From NCBI GenBank assembly GCA_002633005.1, contig NMRA01000195.1, positions 289,628 through 353,627 of the forward strand: a DNA stretch of 64,000 bases, read 5' to 3'. The notes beneath the pieces are model-generated. The model saw only the letters and a program-made list of their open reading frames with translations. It was not told where the DNA came from and did no database searches. Below, piece after piece: positions 1 to 11,949 of this stretch. Origin of the DNA: Phoronis australis. Its lineage: Eukaryota; Animalia; Phoronida. Positions within the stretch are counted from its first letter, which is position 1, and every line of letters starts with the position of its first letter. The position numbers and the translations under genes are program-made.

Positions 1-553
1 ATCCTGTCCACCAGCGGCAGGCGGACTTCATTCAAATATCGAGGAATCTGGCCTCTTTCTGCCAGTCTGCCCCATCCAGTCACCGTACCGACCTGGTTGC
101 CTTCCTCGCGCAACAGTGCATTAATGATATGCCCTGTATGATTCCAACAGATTGGCCTGATATAGTCCGTGAACTCCACCCGAGTTCGCAGCTTAATAAG
201 GGCTATGTCGTTGTCGTATGTATCTGATTCAGAATTGAATCCCTCATGCACACGATAGAGAGACATGCGATAAGTTCGTTCTTGTGGTTCTCTTGTGGTG
301 CGGTCGTATTTTCCTAGTTTCAGTTCGAGGTTCTCTGAATTGAGAGGATAGCGATACTCGGCATTGAAGTCGTGAAAACAGTGGGCCGCAGTCAATACCC
401 AGTTCTCGTTAAGTAGAACTCCACCGCAGAAGCTGTGCGCATTTCTCTCGTACAGCATTACCATCCAGGGCGCAGAACCGACAGCGGCATCTTGTCCTCC
501 AACTATGTGGCCTTGTCTAAGTGAAGGTTCGTTTATGACTGGTTGACCGCATA
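1..553 (-). CDS. Modular serine protease, exon 6 (partial): trypsin-like S1 domain
   Basis: Reverse-complement after acceptor tttgcag: (I)CGQPVINEPSLRQGH-IVGGQDAAVGSAPWMVMLY...FCGGVLLNENWVLTAAHCF...TYDNDIALIKL...YIRPICW...GTVTGWGRL...LNEVRLPLVDR. Catalytic His (TAAHC) and Asp (DNDIAL) are present; catalytic Ser lies beyond the window edge. Confidence 0.96.
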
Positions 554-1393
554 CTGCAAACATCAAAGTAGAACAGACACTTATTTTGACACCCTTACTT
601 GTTACTCCAGGCATTGATAAAATCATATTTTCCGTTACTATAACTACAGGCACGTCGTGCGTAATAATAATAATTACTTTATTTCGGTACCCAAGAGTTG
701 AAGACACAAAACAGCCGTCTTGTATGCCGTCCAACTCCGTGACCCCATACTCACTGCGTTTAACTCCGTAACTGAAGATTTAGTAATCCTCTGTCCGTTG
801 ACCAAAAGCTCTGCAGAGTCGGATTTTAAAACTTACTGATCAAACTTTCAAGTACTGGAACCAGAGAACGAATACTGCACTCCGAGCTGATCGTATCTAG
901 CATCTGATAAGCAAGCGAGCTACATGTAGTTGTTTCCCCAGCCTCTTCAACTGAAATTAAGCCTCTGCTCTGTTTCTTACTTGAAAACTGAGGGGTGGTG
1001 AGTCATGTACGTAGTGAGTTGAACACCGATACCCCAAATATCCCTGGTGCGGGTCTTCCGCTTTGCAAACTAGCATCAATGGTGCATTCGAGGGATTATC
1101 GTTATTGGTGTGCGGGACCGGAGAGCTTGCGACGTCGCGGCAGTGACTCATTGACGGCCACTCGTGAGATGCCGATTGTGGCTAAGTAACTTGCCAAGCC
1201 ACGTTTTTTAAAACCTTGCTAGCATAGGTTTACGTAACTTTTGAATAAAAGTCCAGACCTTGTGTGAAACTGATGCGTGCGGCTTGCTAATTGTTTAGGC
1301 CTAAAAGTTGAGGGAGCAGGAATTAAAGTGAGCGCAGAACCAACTAGGCTACTGTACGTTCTTGGCCTACATTTACAAGTTAGATGCACTTAC

Positions 1394-1669
1394 TTTCTTG
1401 AGCTGTGGAGTACACTTGTATCCAGGCACTCGCATTCACGGAACATTCGCTGTTACGCAGCTCACAAGTGTACTTCCCGTGGTCTCCCGTCGCTGCCTGA
1501 CGTATAAGAAGATATCCGTTGACCAGCTTTTGCAGACGGACATTGTCGTAAACTACAGGCACACCGTCCTTATACCAGTGGGTGGTGGTGTGCTGGACAC
1601 TGGGTAAACACGGTAACATCTTCAGGGAGCCCAGGGGCACAGTTGCATTCTGTGGTCTTTCGGAGAAGT
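1394..1669 (-). CDS. Modular serine protease, exon 5: second Ig (I-set-like) domain
   Basis: DFSERPQNATVPLGSLKMLPC...THWYKDG...LLIRQAATGDHGKYTCELRN; acceptor tttttag, donor gtaagt; phase 1-1, joins in frame to the protease exon. Confidence 0.9.
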
Positions 1670-2057
1670 CTAAAAAGCGACCGGTACGGTCAAGAAACAC
1701 ATGTGCAGCATTTTTTCAACACAAGAAGGCGGAACATTAATAACATGAGGTCGACGGTTCGTCATAACGAGGTTATCGAAGAATAGTGTGGTTATGAGAA
1801 CTTGTAGATTATTTCCGATAACACACGACTGTCAAACACACAGTTTGCTACCCCCCCCCCCTTCCCGNTCCCGACCAACCAAGCAAGGTTTACGGCATAG
1901 GCTTACACAAAGAAACGTAATACCCGCTAGTGATAAGCATAAGAAAAGCAAGCCCAACGCTCTCTAGATCGTAACCTTCATCGGCCACCTACTGTATGGC
2001 ACTATACATGCTTGATCGTCAGAAGCCCCACCCGAAACACAAACAACGATTGCCTAC

Positions 2058-2257
2058 CGATATCACAAGTCTGGACATCTGGAGACGATATCCAGCCGAC
2101 TGACTGGATCACCTGTCCGTTAAGTTCCGCCACGCACTTGTATTTACCAACGTGTAATGCTTCTAAGGCGGAAATGATTAGTACTCCATGAGGGCCAGGC
2201 AATAGATTTGTGTTCAGCAATGGAGACGTTCCTATCAGTATTACGTCGTTGTGAGAC
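2058..2257 (-). CDS. Modular serine protease, exon 4: C-terminal half of first Ig domain
   Basis: (W)SHNDVILIG...GVLIISALEALHVGKYKCVAELNG...TCDI; acceptor ttttgtag, donor gtaggc; phase 2-1. Confidence 0.88.
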
Positions 2258-2946
2258 CTACAAAACAATATTAAAAAATTATTGTTTGACAAGCCACGAG
2301 AAGGGAAGAAAACATACATGTAGGCCTACCAGCTCAGGAGCCACCAATTGAACTTATCTGGCATGCAAGAATTGGCTGCTCGGGGACGGAGTGAAACCGC
2401 TTTGACGTGTCCGGATTCATGGCTTAGCTAGACGTGAGCTGTTCACCCTTACGTACAATTTTGTGTGAAGGGTTAGCACACATATTGTCTCTCTATCTCC
2501 ACACATTCATGCGCCCAAGGGGACAACAGTGTGTCTTGTGCGACATTATATATTGTTCCATTGTGATGGCACATATTGTTACCCCAAAAAACATGGAGCT
2601 TTAGCGAAATTACTTGGCTGTACTAGACATGTAGGTAGCCTAAAAGCCATAGAGTACTGCTTGTATAGGCCCATGTAAATAAAAGCACGGACAAATACCA
2701 CGTTCGACGAGGAACTCTCACTGTAGTTGAAGTAGATGTAACAAGCGGTCGGAATCCGGATCCAGAAGATTTGAATTGTGGAGAGCTACCGAATGTTGCA
2801 GGGAGTAAATCATGTTCCTGTTTGCAAACCAACTTGCTACAACTTCGTGTTAATCTTCCTTACATTTTCTTAGGTGGCTCTCTGACTCTAGTAAACGGCC
2901 TAAATATACCTTTCGACACACTTGGGTGAGTGACAATGGGCTATGT

Positions 2947-3107
2947 CATGGGCGGATCCAGGATTTTGAGTTGGGGGGGGCCATGGCAGAGTATTAGCCA
3001 TGATTTTGCCCGACAGACATTCGCACCCCCGTATTGCCAAATGGAATCTGGGAGAATTTTAGGTGGGTGGGCATGGCCCCCTTGGCCCCCCTCTAAATCC
3101 GCCACTG
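2947..3107. mobile_element. MITE, CA(T/G)GGGCGGATCC family
   Basis: Ends catgggcggatcc...aaatccgccactg flanked by tatgt/tatgt 5-bp direct repeat; internal sequence shared with copies at ~3477-3632, 5556-5719 and ends at ~14028, 35050-35092, ~41028. Confidence 0.75.
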
Positions 3108-3476
3108 TATGTGCTGGTGTTCAACATTGCACTGTCTCCCGGACAAAAATGTCTCGATTGCGACAATATATGTCACAAACTGTCATGCGGTCCTGTAAGA
3201 CGTCTGCATGAGTGGGAGACTATGTCATCTGAAGGCATCATATCGACTCTTCCATCTCTCAGTCACTGCAAAAATCCGACTGGGAGCCACAGTCACTACC
3301 CAAGGAGCTGTGACGTCAGTGGTTTGCGTCCTAGATTGAACTTTCCAGACACGGAAGGGGAAATACATGTAGTAATGCACTGAGTTGGCAATATTGGCCT
3401 AGCTTTCAAGAAAGTGATCCTGAACCAAAAAGCCAAAGGAAACAGTGGAAACCAGCTGGCAAGGTGATGGGTTCCA

Positions 3477-3632
3477 CGGTCGGATCCAGGATTTTGAGTT
3501 AGGAGGGAGGGGACAGGGCAGAGTATAAGCCAGGATTTTCCCCGCCAGACATTCGCACCCCTGAACTCTCAAACGAAATCCGGGAGAAGTTTAGGGGCAT
3601 GGCCCCCTTGTCCCTCACTTAAATCCGCTTCC
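3477..3632. mobile_element. MITE copy, same family as 2947-3107
   Basis: cggatccaggattttgagtt...cagacattcgcaccc...ggcatggcccccttg...taaatccgc, closely similar to 2947-3107. Confidence 0.7.
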
Positions 3633-4033
3633 GGCTTTTGTTTTGTGCTACAGCGAAGGAATGCGTACTTGTGATCAACTTCTTGCAATGTGGGTGAACT
3701 GATACTGGCAAGTACTACCCATGCAGAAAAAAACTGGAAGAGGCAACCAAAGCCGGGGAAACGCCAGCCGAGTTGTAGCGCTGCTGCTTGGAGACAATGC
3801 ACACGCCTACTGACACAGTTAACTTGATTGTGGCTGAAGCAGCCGAATGCGGTTTAGAACTGTTGCCGCAGGGTGATTCGCCAGACTTGCCTCTGTCCTA
3901 CCTGCGTTGTCACTATACCGAAGCGATGAGGGCACGAGACGTGCTCTTGAGAGATACCTTGTGCCAACACGATCAAAGTCTACTGACCGGTACTCTTTTA
4001 AAAGTAACTCTTTTAAAAGTAAGCACATCTTAC

Positions 4034-4187
4034 CATGTTATAGTTGTAACTGGCCTTGTGGAACACTCCAACACTGCATTTTCACCAGCATAAACTGATA
4101 TGTTGACGAGGTGCTTTGTAAATTGTAGTATCGTTGCAGGTGGCGCTGACGTGGTCGCTCTGGGTGTTTGGCGTGCCTGTGTCGTGG
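4034..4187 (-). CDS. Modular serine protease, exon 3: Thr/Pro-rich linker + N-terminal half of first Ig domain
   Basis: (A)TTQARQTPRATTSAPPATILQFTKHLVNISVYAGENAVLECSTRPVTTIT(W); acceptor ttttccggtag, donor gtaaga; phase 1-2 completes the Ig Trp with exon 4. Confidence 0.88.
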
Positions 4188-4649
4188 CTACCGGAAAACA
4201 ACAGAAACTAATTATACGCCACTTACATAAATACTTTTTGAGTTTTGAAAATAAGAGGCATCCCTTGATCTAAGCTGCTGACCAATTAGGAATCGCAACC
4301 AGACTTGCACAGATGATTTCCAGGAATTTGTGACGAGCAGATTGCAGATGGGTCATGATTAGCACTAAGTTCCAAGTACTGACTTTCAAATCCTTGTACA
4401 CAGAATGAGACATTCCAACACCTAACCATTCCTGTGACTAGAGTGGTGGCACAATGTAAGGCTATGATACTTGACTGGCGCTGTGGTAAAAGGGAATGTG
4501 TCAGACTGAACTGGAACTCTGTTTGTAGCAGCTTTAACACGGAATTTGTCATACCTGAGAATTGAAGGATGCCATTGCACAGACAAACTAGGGCTGATCC
4601 ACACGGAGTCAATGTCATCTTGACCGAAGTCTACGTAAAAGGAAGTCTA

Positions 4650-5470
4650 CCAGGCTGAACTGATGCTGTGTTTGCAGCTGCTTTCACAAGGAATTGAGGG
4701 TTGCTATCGAACAGACAGACTCGGAGTGTTTCATCCACAGAATCAATGCCATCTTTATTCGCTCCTTGGCTTATGAAACTTTATGTTTCATTCTTAAAAA
4801 AGACGGTTATATTTGGTCTTTGAGACTCAGTAGTTTCATGGCCAACTGTAAAAGCCAGGCTGGTACGACACCCAAGAATAGTTTGTTGCTCACTACACTC
4901 TTCAAACACTAACAATATTCAGCTCTTGAATGCCATTCTTAAGTCTGATATACCATATGTAGTGTTGACAGCTTGGGCAAGAAGCTATCAATCTCATTGA
5001 TCAAATCTATTTCAAGACCGGGCAAAGATATTATTGGCCAAGGAGCCTGAGAAAAGATGAAATTGTTTCTGCTGGTGAAACAGCCCTATGACAACCTTCA
5101 CTATGGTATTAGACAAGTGTTCTATTGTATGAAAGCTGCAGTGTGAAAGCTGCTGTACAAGCACAGTGCCAGTTCAACTCGCTGCACTTTTTCCTACAAA
5201 TACCATATATATCCGTTGATTGCACCCCCAGCTCCAAGGATTGTTTAGTGTTGAGATGTCTTCTGTATACTGGGACTAGAAACTGAGGCAGAGAACTTAC
5301 TATCTACCATAACCATCCGCAATCTGTCCCTCAGAAATTCCTAGAAGCCGTTTATCGTAGTGGCAGCAAGTATTCTTACAATGTTTGAAGATTGAGCTTC
5401 GCTTCACGTTTCACAGAATATGTCAGCAAACAGTACCTAGCAACCTTCAAAGCCTCTGTCACACAAATGT
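4650..5470 (+). mobile_element. Possible heavily decayed LINE (CR1/L2-like) 3' region in protease intron 2
   Basis: Stop-riddled sequence with a faint resemblance to post-RT LINE motifs; no clean motif readable. Confidence 0.25.
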
Positions 5471-5555
5471 CGTTTGAGCTATGCACTTTCATAGCTCACT
5501 GACATAAATCGAGTACATGTATATAGGTATTCCTGTATGTGTTAATAGTACTTGT

Positions 5556-5719
5556 CAGGGGTGGATCAAGGATTTCGAGTTGGAGGGGCAGGGCATAGTA
5601 TCAGCCAGGATTTTGCCCGTCTGACATTCGGACCTCCGAACTGCCCAATGGAATCTGGGATACTTTTAGGGGGAGGCTATGGCCCCTTTGCTCTCCCCTT
5701 CCCCCTAAATTCGCCATTG
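5556..5719. mobile_element. MITE copy, same family as 2947-3107
   Basis: caggggtggatc...taaattcgccattg with cttgt/cttat near-identical 5-bp flanks. Confidence 0.7.
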
Positions 5720-6144
5720 CTTATAGCACCAAAACAATGATGGATTAGTCAAAATGAGGCATAATTCGCTGAAAAGCTTCCAGCGTATGGCGGCCCTTTG
5801 GCCACCGCCTCTACTGGGGCTACTGGGGCCAGTTGAGACGGTCATACTAACTTCCGTTGTGAGATTATTGTGTTTACCGAACTCCTGCCTTGGCATGTAC
5901 TTGAAAATTCCACAAAACCGTCGTAAAAAATTGATGAGAAGTGTAAAACAAAATGTGAGTTTGATATTACATATGACACGCCTCATACATGTACATATGT
6001 ATGACAAATTTGTCAATAAATGACATTATTATCATCATTACATCTAATAGGGCCTACTTCATGGGCGGCGCACCGTAGGGGGCTGGGGCCTTAGCCCCCA
6101 CCCCCTACATTTTCAGTGTTGTGCCGCCATGCTATTGTACCGTG

Positions 6145-6290
6145 TATCAGGTAGCTCAGTAACTGTTTGCATCACACGATATCGGTGACGTCACAGGGTG
6201 AGCCCTAGGAACCAAGTTATAGAAGTACTGAGACTTGAACCTGGTATCTCCGGCCTGTGAGCAAAGCGTCCGATCGATCGGCCAATAGAC
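6145..6290 (-). mobile_element. tRNA-derived SINE-like fragment
   Basis: Minus strand reads ttggccgatcgatcggacgctttgctcacaggccggagataccaGGTTCAAGTCtcag: tRNA-like spacing with a B-box-like motif, degenerate. Confidence 0.4.
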
Positions 6291-7631
6291 AAGTCGTCAG
6301 AGTTCCCGTCGGGAAATTGGCTTCAATAACAATGCAAAGTATTTTTTGGAAACTGGAGGAAGGGACCGGATAAAATTAATTCAAAATTAAACTTTTGAGA
6401 TGGATTAGGATCCGCTAGGTGGTTTACCTGATGGGCATTCCTCTTCATTGCATACTCGCATCTCCAGAGAAGTCGTGCCGCAGAAGTTTGATTGTGCGTT
6501 CTGCCCCGTGTTGAAGTCAAAACAGGCACGCGATCGCGTTTGTTCGCCCCCGCCGCACGAGCGGGAGCACGTGGACCATGGCCCCCATTCTAGCCATTCA
6601 CCTCTTTCTGTAAGACGAATTCAAGAATAGAATAAACACATGACAACAGAATGCAAACGTGTACTACTGGCAGAGCCGCTGTGTCGCTTTGTACATTATC
6701 AATGTTTTTTGCTTCCAATAAAAGTTATAATGTTCCTCATATTCAATTTACGCACTGATCAGACTGCGTGCATAGAAGTGGTCGAATTTTAAATAGAATA
6801 AATCAAGTGCGGGACTGAAAAAACTATCATGAAAACGCTATATGAGGCGAAATAAAAAAAAATTAGAAGTGAGATCGGTGACTAAAGCAAGACCTCCAAG
6901 AAGAATAGGTCTCAAACATTTCACGAGATACATAATGAATGTAAATTTCATGACCACCAGACGTAAGATGTATCCAGTAGCATGCCATACCGCTTGACGA
7001 GATCTATCCTCATATCAAATTTTCAGAAAGATCCTTCAAGGGATTGCAGAGATACGGCACTCAATCGATTCGACAGCAGTCAAATGAAAATCTCGAATTA
7101 CTCGCGGACCGCGTAAGTCTTCAAGGAAAACGAAAACGGCATGGAATATTTCCACAGCTCTTGAAAATCTACCAATATACCAAATTCCAGCGACAACGCA
7201 GTTATAGTTACGCAAATAAAACAAAACGAAAAATGCTCGACACATCTTACATAAGATTTCAAATAAAAACAACAGGCCTCGAGTTACTAATGAAACACAT
7301 GTTGCAAACAAAGAAACAAAACAACAAAAAACATGACAGTAACACACCAGGAGAAATTTCATTTCGGCAAGTAAAAAGCAGTCAAGCAACTTTAGATCGG
7401 TCCATAGCGTCATCGCGTAAAATGTGAGATGCTTACTTCAGTGATGCACTAAAAGTTGCATTTATTTTCCATGGCGCTGTTTGTGGCTTTTGGCGTAGGT
7501 AGGCATCGGAAAGTTGGTTAACCATGTATGATATCATGACATATAATTTGTTTCTAGTGCTCACTCGATTCTTATGACAATTTACGCAAGGTGGCGCTGT
7601 GCCCATGTAACATGGATCTTGTCCACCTCAC

Positions 7632-7852
7632 CTTCCTCCTCATTACAACAATAACCAGTCCACCCCGGTTGACACTTGCACTCCTTATCAAACGCAGACC
7701 ATTCACCATGGGCACATATTGTGTTACAAGTATCGTGTTGGTAGAGGTCGCTCGCAGACAGGCCGCAGTGATCCAGTTTCTTCCGCAGTGTATCCAGCCA
7801 CACCCAGGCGCACAAACTTCGAGTTCGTTGTCTGGTTCCACCGCCGCACGTT
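7632..7852 (-). CDS. Modular serine protease, exon 2: TSP1 C-terminal half + EGF-like domain
   Basis: TCGGGTRQRTRSLC...TCNTICAHGEWSAFDKECKCQPGWTGYCCNEEE; acceptor tttctcttcag, donor gtgagg; phase 2-1. Confidence 0.88.
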
Positions 7853-9380
7853 CTGAAGAGAAATCAGCAAAAAGTGTCAGTACACTACGCTTGTAAATGT
7901 GCGCTCGTAAAATTGACGTCGTAAATATATGCTAATATAACGGCAAGCGTCGACGAGTCTGAATTGTGACGAGCGTACTTAAGTTCACGATCGTAAATTA
8001 CGAACGTATGATTGGATGATCTGTAATATGCATAACCTTAGACAAATGGACAAATTTTGCCATAAACTGTAGTAAACATCCCTGCCTTTGCATAATGGCG
8101 AATTTTCAAAATGCATCAACCAATAATTTTCGTTAAAAACGAACACCACGGCGCGGTATTCAGCTGGCAAAAACAACCAGGTGTGGTTTTCGATTTATGA
8201 AAAATGATGAACTAATAAGCTAAAAACTACAAACATTGGTTACGATTGAAGATAAACGACCGTAGGTATTGACATACTCGGTGGATTTACAAACGCTCAC
8301 TAGATTTAACAATGTCACATAGGTTATTCTACTCTTTTCATCTCGTTTTGACAGATTTTTTACAAGGAAACAGTTGTACCAGGAAGAGATATCTCTTCCT
8401 GGTTGTATTTAACCTTTGCCCACTCTTCATTTTTATGACTGACAAAAAGGTAGAATAGTTATGTAGTCAGTGCAACCGAAATTGTCCAGATACTCCAAGT
8501 CTTCAGTTTGGCGATCACCACATTTGGTTTATATATTTTATTATCGATTAAACTTGCACTAACGACACGTTTGATGTGAAATGTTTAGTGTAGTTGTAAT
8601 CTGGAAAGTTCAGGTATGGGTTCACAATTAAATAAACTAAATAAGTTTTGCTGGAGATCAAAATCTACCACTGTTTTGGTAGTTGAATTTTAAAAATAAA
8701 GTAAAAGGATATCAACCCGTTCCCGGTAAGAAAGAAAACTAGACAGGAACATTAAAAAAGAAATAACGAAAACCTGTATGAAATGTTTTTAAAACCATCG
8801 TTCCTATGGGAAGTGGCCCTTTGTCATGATAAACGCAAATTAATTTTTTTTGGCCATTTTGTAATATTAAAATTATACTAAGTTAAAACTACTCTCCACA
8901 TTTGCAGGCTGTAACCCTGTGCAAATGCCAGAGAAAACTGTTGAGACAGTAGTGCTAGCTATTACCTTTCCACTTCATTAGCTCAAATCTACATGATAGA
9001 TCTGAAAGGGCGTGCTGAATAGGCATCATCAAAGTTGTCTGTGGCTAAGGGAATCTGAGCGGTGACCAGTGTAAGCGAGAAATTCCCCACATATCATGCA
9101 CCTTTCTTTTTTTGCAAAATGTTACTAAAACGACGTGGTCACGAGACCCAAGTGGTTGTAGTTGTTTGGTATAAAGTCAAATATCAAATTCTACAGTTTT
9201 TACTTTCAAAACTTATGTGCTTTTAATAAGTTGAATTCTTTTATTTTGTAGATTTTTACCAAGTGAGCAAATTACTCGAGAAGGTCCTACGCAACCTTAG
9301 CGCTCGAACTATATTGACGCTCGTCGTTTTACGAGTGTTAAAGATGAGTGTAATTAAACGAAATTTTCGGACTGCACCTT

Positions 9381-9500
9381 CCTCCCACCGTCCAAAGATA
9401 CAGCCAGAGCCCTCCCACCGTCCAAAGATACAGCCAGAGCACTGCCAGCGGCCAAAGATACAGCCAGAGCCCTCCCAGCGGCCAAACATACAGCCAGAGC
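9381..9500. repeat. 30-bp minisatellite, 4 copies
   Basis: Unit cctcccaccgtccaaagatacagccagagc repeated with a few substitutions. Confidence 0.92.
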
Positions 9501-11479
9501 AAACAGGTACACGGAGCGTGTGGCAGCTGCTCAGTTGGTTGACTTTTTCAAGATCAAATTCCCTATAAAAGGCTGCCTTTTCCGATTTCATTCCTTGCAT
9601 TAGTCCAATAAATAAATTTACAGATTTTTTGATATGCACTTATCTGGTTTTGACACTATATGGTACACCATCTCGTGCTGTTGGAACCGGAAATGATTAG
9701 GTTTAAGGAATTAACCTTAAGGGCTGTGTTGGTGGAATAAAATTCAACGAAAGGGTGAATTTTTCATGGAAGCTCTTTACCTATATGGGTCCCTTTTTAG
9801 AATCCAATCTCCGAATGAGTGTGTAAACTGATTTTTCAACTGCATAGTCAAGCCCCCTCCCAGGCAAATAACTCACCATACTGAATACTGGACCTGCCAA
9901 CAAATTGTCGTGCAGTGTACTCCGGAATATTTGGCCACAAATTGTCGTGACTAATTATTCTCCATAAAACAACATTTGCCTATATGTTTTATCACCGTAG
10001 TTGTGACCGCGCCGTCATCTTGTCACATTGGCCCCCTTCACAGGCACACAATATGCCGAGTGGATGCTAGCTACACGTAAGGCTGTACACTTCGAAGCGT
10101 TGATTCATGTAGGCTGTCCGAAGTCGAAGCCAAGTTTCTTATTATTTTTGCCATGGAATGTGTAACACTACCAAGACGAAAATAAATATCACGTACCAAC
10201 ACGCAATTGCTTTGGCTTAGGCTGCGACTTTTTAAGAACCTTGCCGTCAATATATAACAAACTTTGCACAATCACATGTCTATGCGTGTGAGTCTGTGAG
10301 AACGCAAGATGGTATGACTTTTTTTCGATTCCAGTATTGCCGGGCACTAAGCAAGGTTGTATCTTAAGCCTTGTTTTGTTCACTTTGTATTTAAATGAAT
10401 TCACACACGTAGACTAGGCCAATGTTCATTCTTGTAATAAAATAATATTTCACTGAAAGTCAAAGTGTCGCAGATGTGAAGGTGGTGTTACTTACCGATC
10501 ACGTGGCCCTGTGTGCTACAGTGTACATCAGTTAAATTGCGAAAACTAAGTATTGGGGCACATGTCTGTAAATTTAGTAACGGTGAACATCAAAGGCATG
10601 CTCGTCAGAAGCGGGTAGGGGTCCTTCGAGAAATTGTGAGAAGTGGTGACTTTGGAAGTTTCCAGCCACAAGTGTGTGGGTGTTGTGATCAAGTTGTGGA
10701 CCTCGGCTATTCCGACCTTACCAGCCAAGCTATGAAGGTTGCCATTGCTGTCATTATAGTGGATAAACTAAAAATATTTCAACGTTTCAACAGCGTTTAA
10801 CCTTTAAAGTATTTGTTAAAATGATTCACACTACCCTTTGTAATAGAGCCGATGTGGGGCTTCCAAGAATACGATTGGCTCAAAAAAGTGCATATTAAAT
10901 TTTCTTAACGATTGTAACTAATTATAGCTCAAACGATTAGGCCTACGGTCTTGAGAAAAGTGGAAGATTGACGTTCTTCATCAAATACTATGTTCCCATT
11001 ATCTAATATTGGTTGAAAGTTCACAAAATTACCCTTCATCATAATTCAAGGCAGCGCATAACAATTAATGACTTGGACAAAAATGGTTGGTCGGTATTTA
11101 CGAAACTGGGCAGTCTTCTGTTAGACCAGGCATCCACGGGCGATATGTAATTACCCACTTTTAACATATATTACTAAGCATTCTTCGGTACGTAAATTCA
11201 CTAAACTGACGCCAACAAAACTTCTTAACGAACAAGTTGTTATCTCGTGTACGTAAATATGTTTTCTCGGCTTTTCAACTTCGCGAGAACTTGCTATGCG
11301 CTTAACAGCTTAAACCAAACCACCGGGAATACAAACCCATCACTCTCATTACCCACTGGACTTTGAACCCTTCACGGTACTTTCTTCTCTCTTACACTAA
11401 CATTTGATCACGCATGATCTTCATCGCAGTAACACAAACTAGAATAGCAGTATTTTCACAGTTTTGATAGGTGACTTAC

Positions 11480-11625
11480 TGGTCACATCGAGTCCAGCTC
11501 CGCCACTGCGTCCAACCGCACAGGTCCCAGCACCAGTTACGTAGAATTCCGTCCAGATTAATATCGGCTGATATCATACACGTACACAACGCCCACAGCA
11601 GTACCCATTGACGGAATAAGTCCAT
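11480..11625 (-). CDS. Modular serine protease, exon 1: signal peptide + TSP1 N-terminal half
   Basis: MDLFRQWVLLWALCTCMISA-DINLDGILRNWCWDLCGWTQWRSWTRCD(Q); hydrophobic leader, WxxWxxWxxC TSP1 motif, accATGG start, donor gtaagt in phase 2 giving CDQTCGGG with exon 2. Confidence 0.88.
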
Positions 11626-11927
11626 GGTACGTACACGGAGTAAAACTGATGCTTATGACTTTATGAGTGTCTCAAATAAAAAATACAACACTATGAAAAC
11701 TTATGTAGAATAGTCTCTCTATGAGTTCGTCGTGAATCATAGCCTGTGACTCCCACGGCAGAGTAGGCCTATATGAGGTTAAAGACATTATGAGCGATAA
11801 CGTTACACTAACAACTCGCAGCGTTAAGTCCACAAGGTCACGCAATAACAGATTGTTTACAGAACTGTACGGAACATGGTAAACTTATTACCACAGACCA
11901 GACGCGAGCTGCTGCTCTGGCTCTATG

Positions 11928-11949
11928 ATTGGTCATGGAAATGACGTCA
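11928..11949 (-). promoter_or_regulatory. Candidate promoter elements for the protease gene (CCAAT box, CRE palindrome)
   Basis: ATTGG at 11928-11932 (CCAAT on minus strand) and TGACGTCA at 11942-11949, ~300 bp upstream of the ATG; short motifs, may be chance. Confidence 0.3.

Noticed and set aside
2699-2817. Minus-strand ORF ending ...RRTW with a GT donor, possible protease exon
   Set aside because: Lacks the Ig cysteine and its phases do not fit; exon 4034-4187 supplies the proper Ig half.
7044-7427. 127-aa plus-strand ORF and antisense 125-aa ORF
   Set aside because: A-rich, repeat-like intronic sequence with no domain signal.
9256-9639. ORFs with repeated GCIFGRWE / PKIQPEPS peptides
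   Set aside because: Products of the 30-bp minisatellite; no supporting splice structure.
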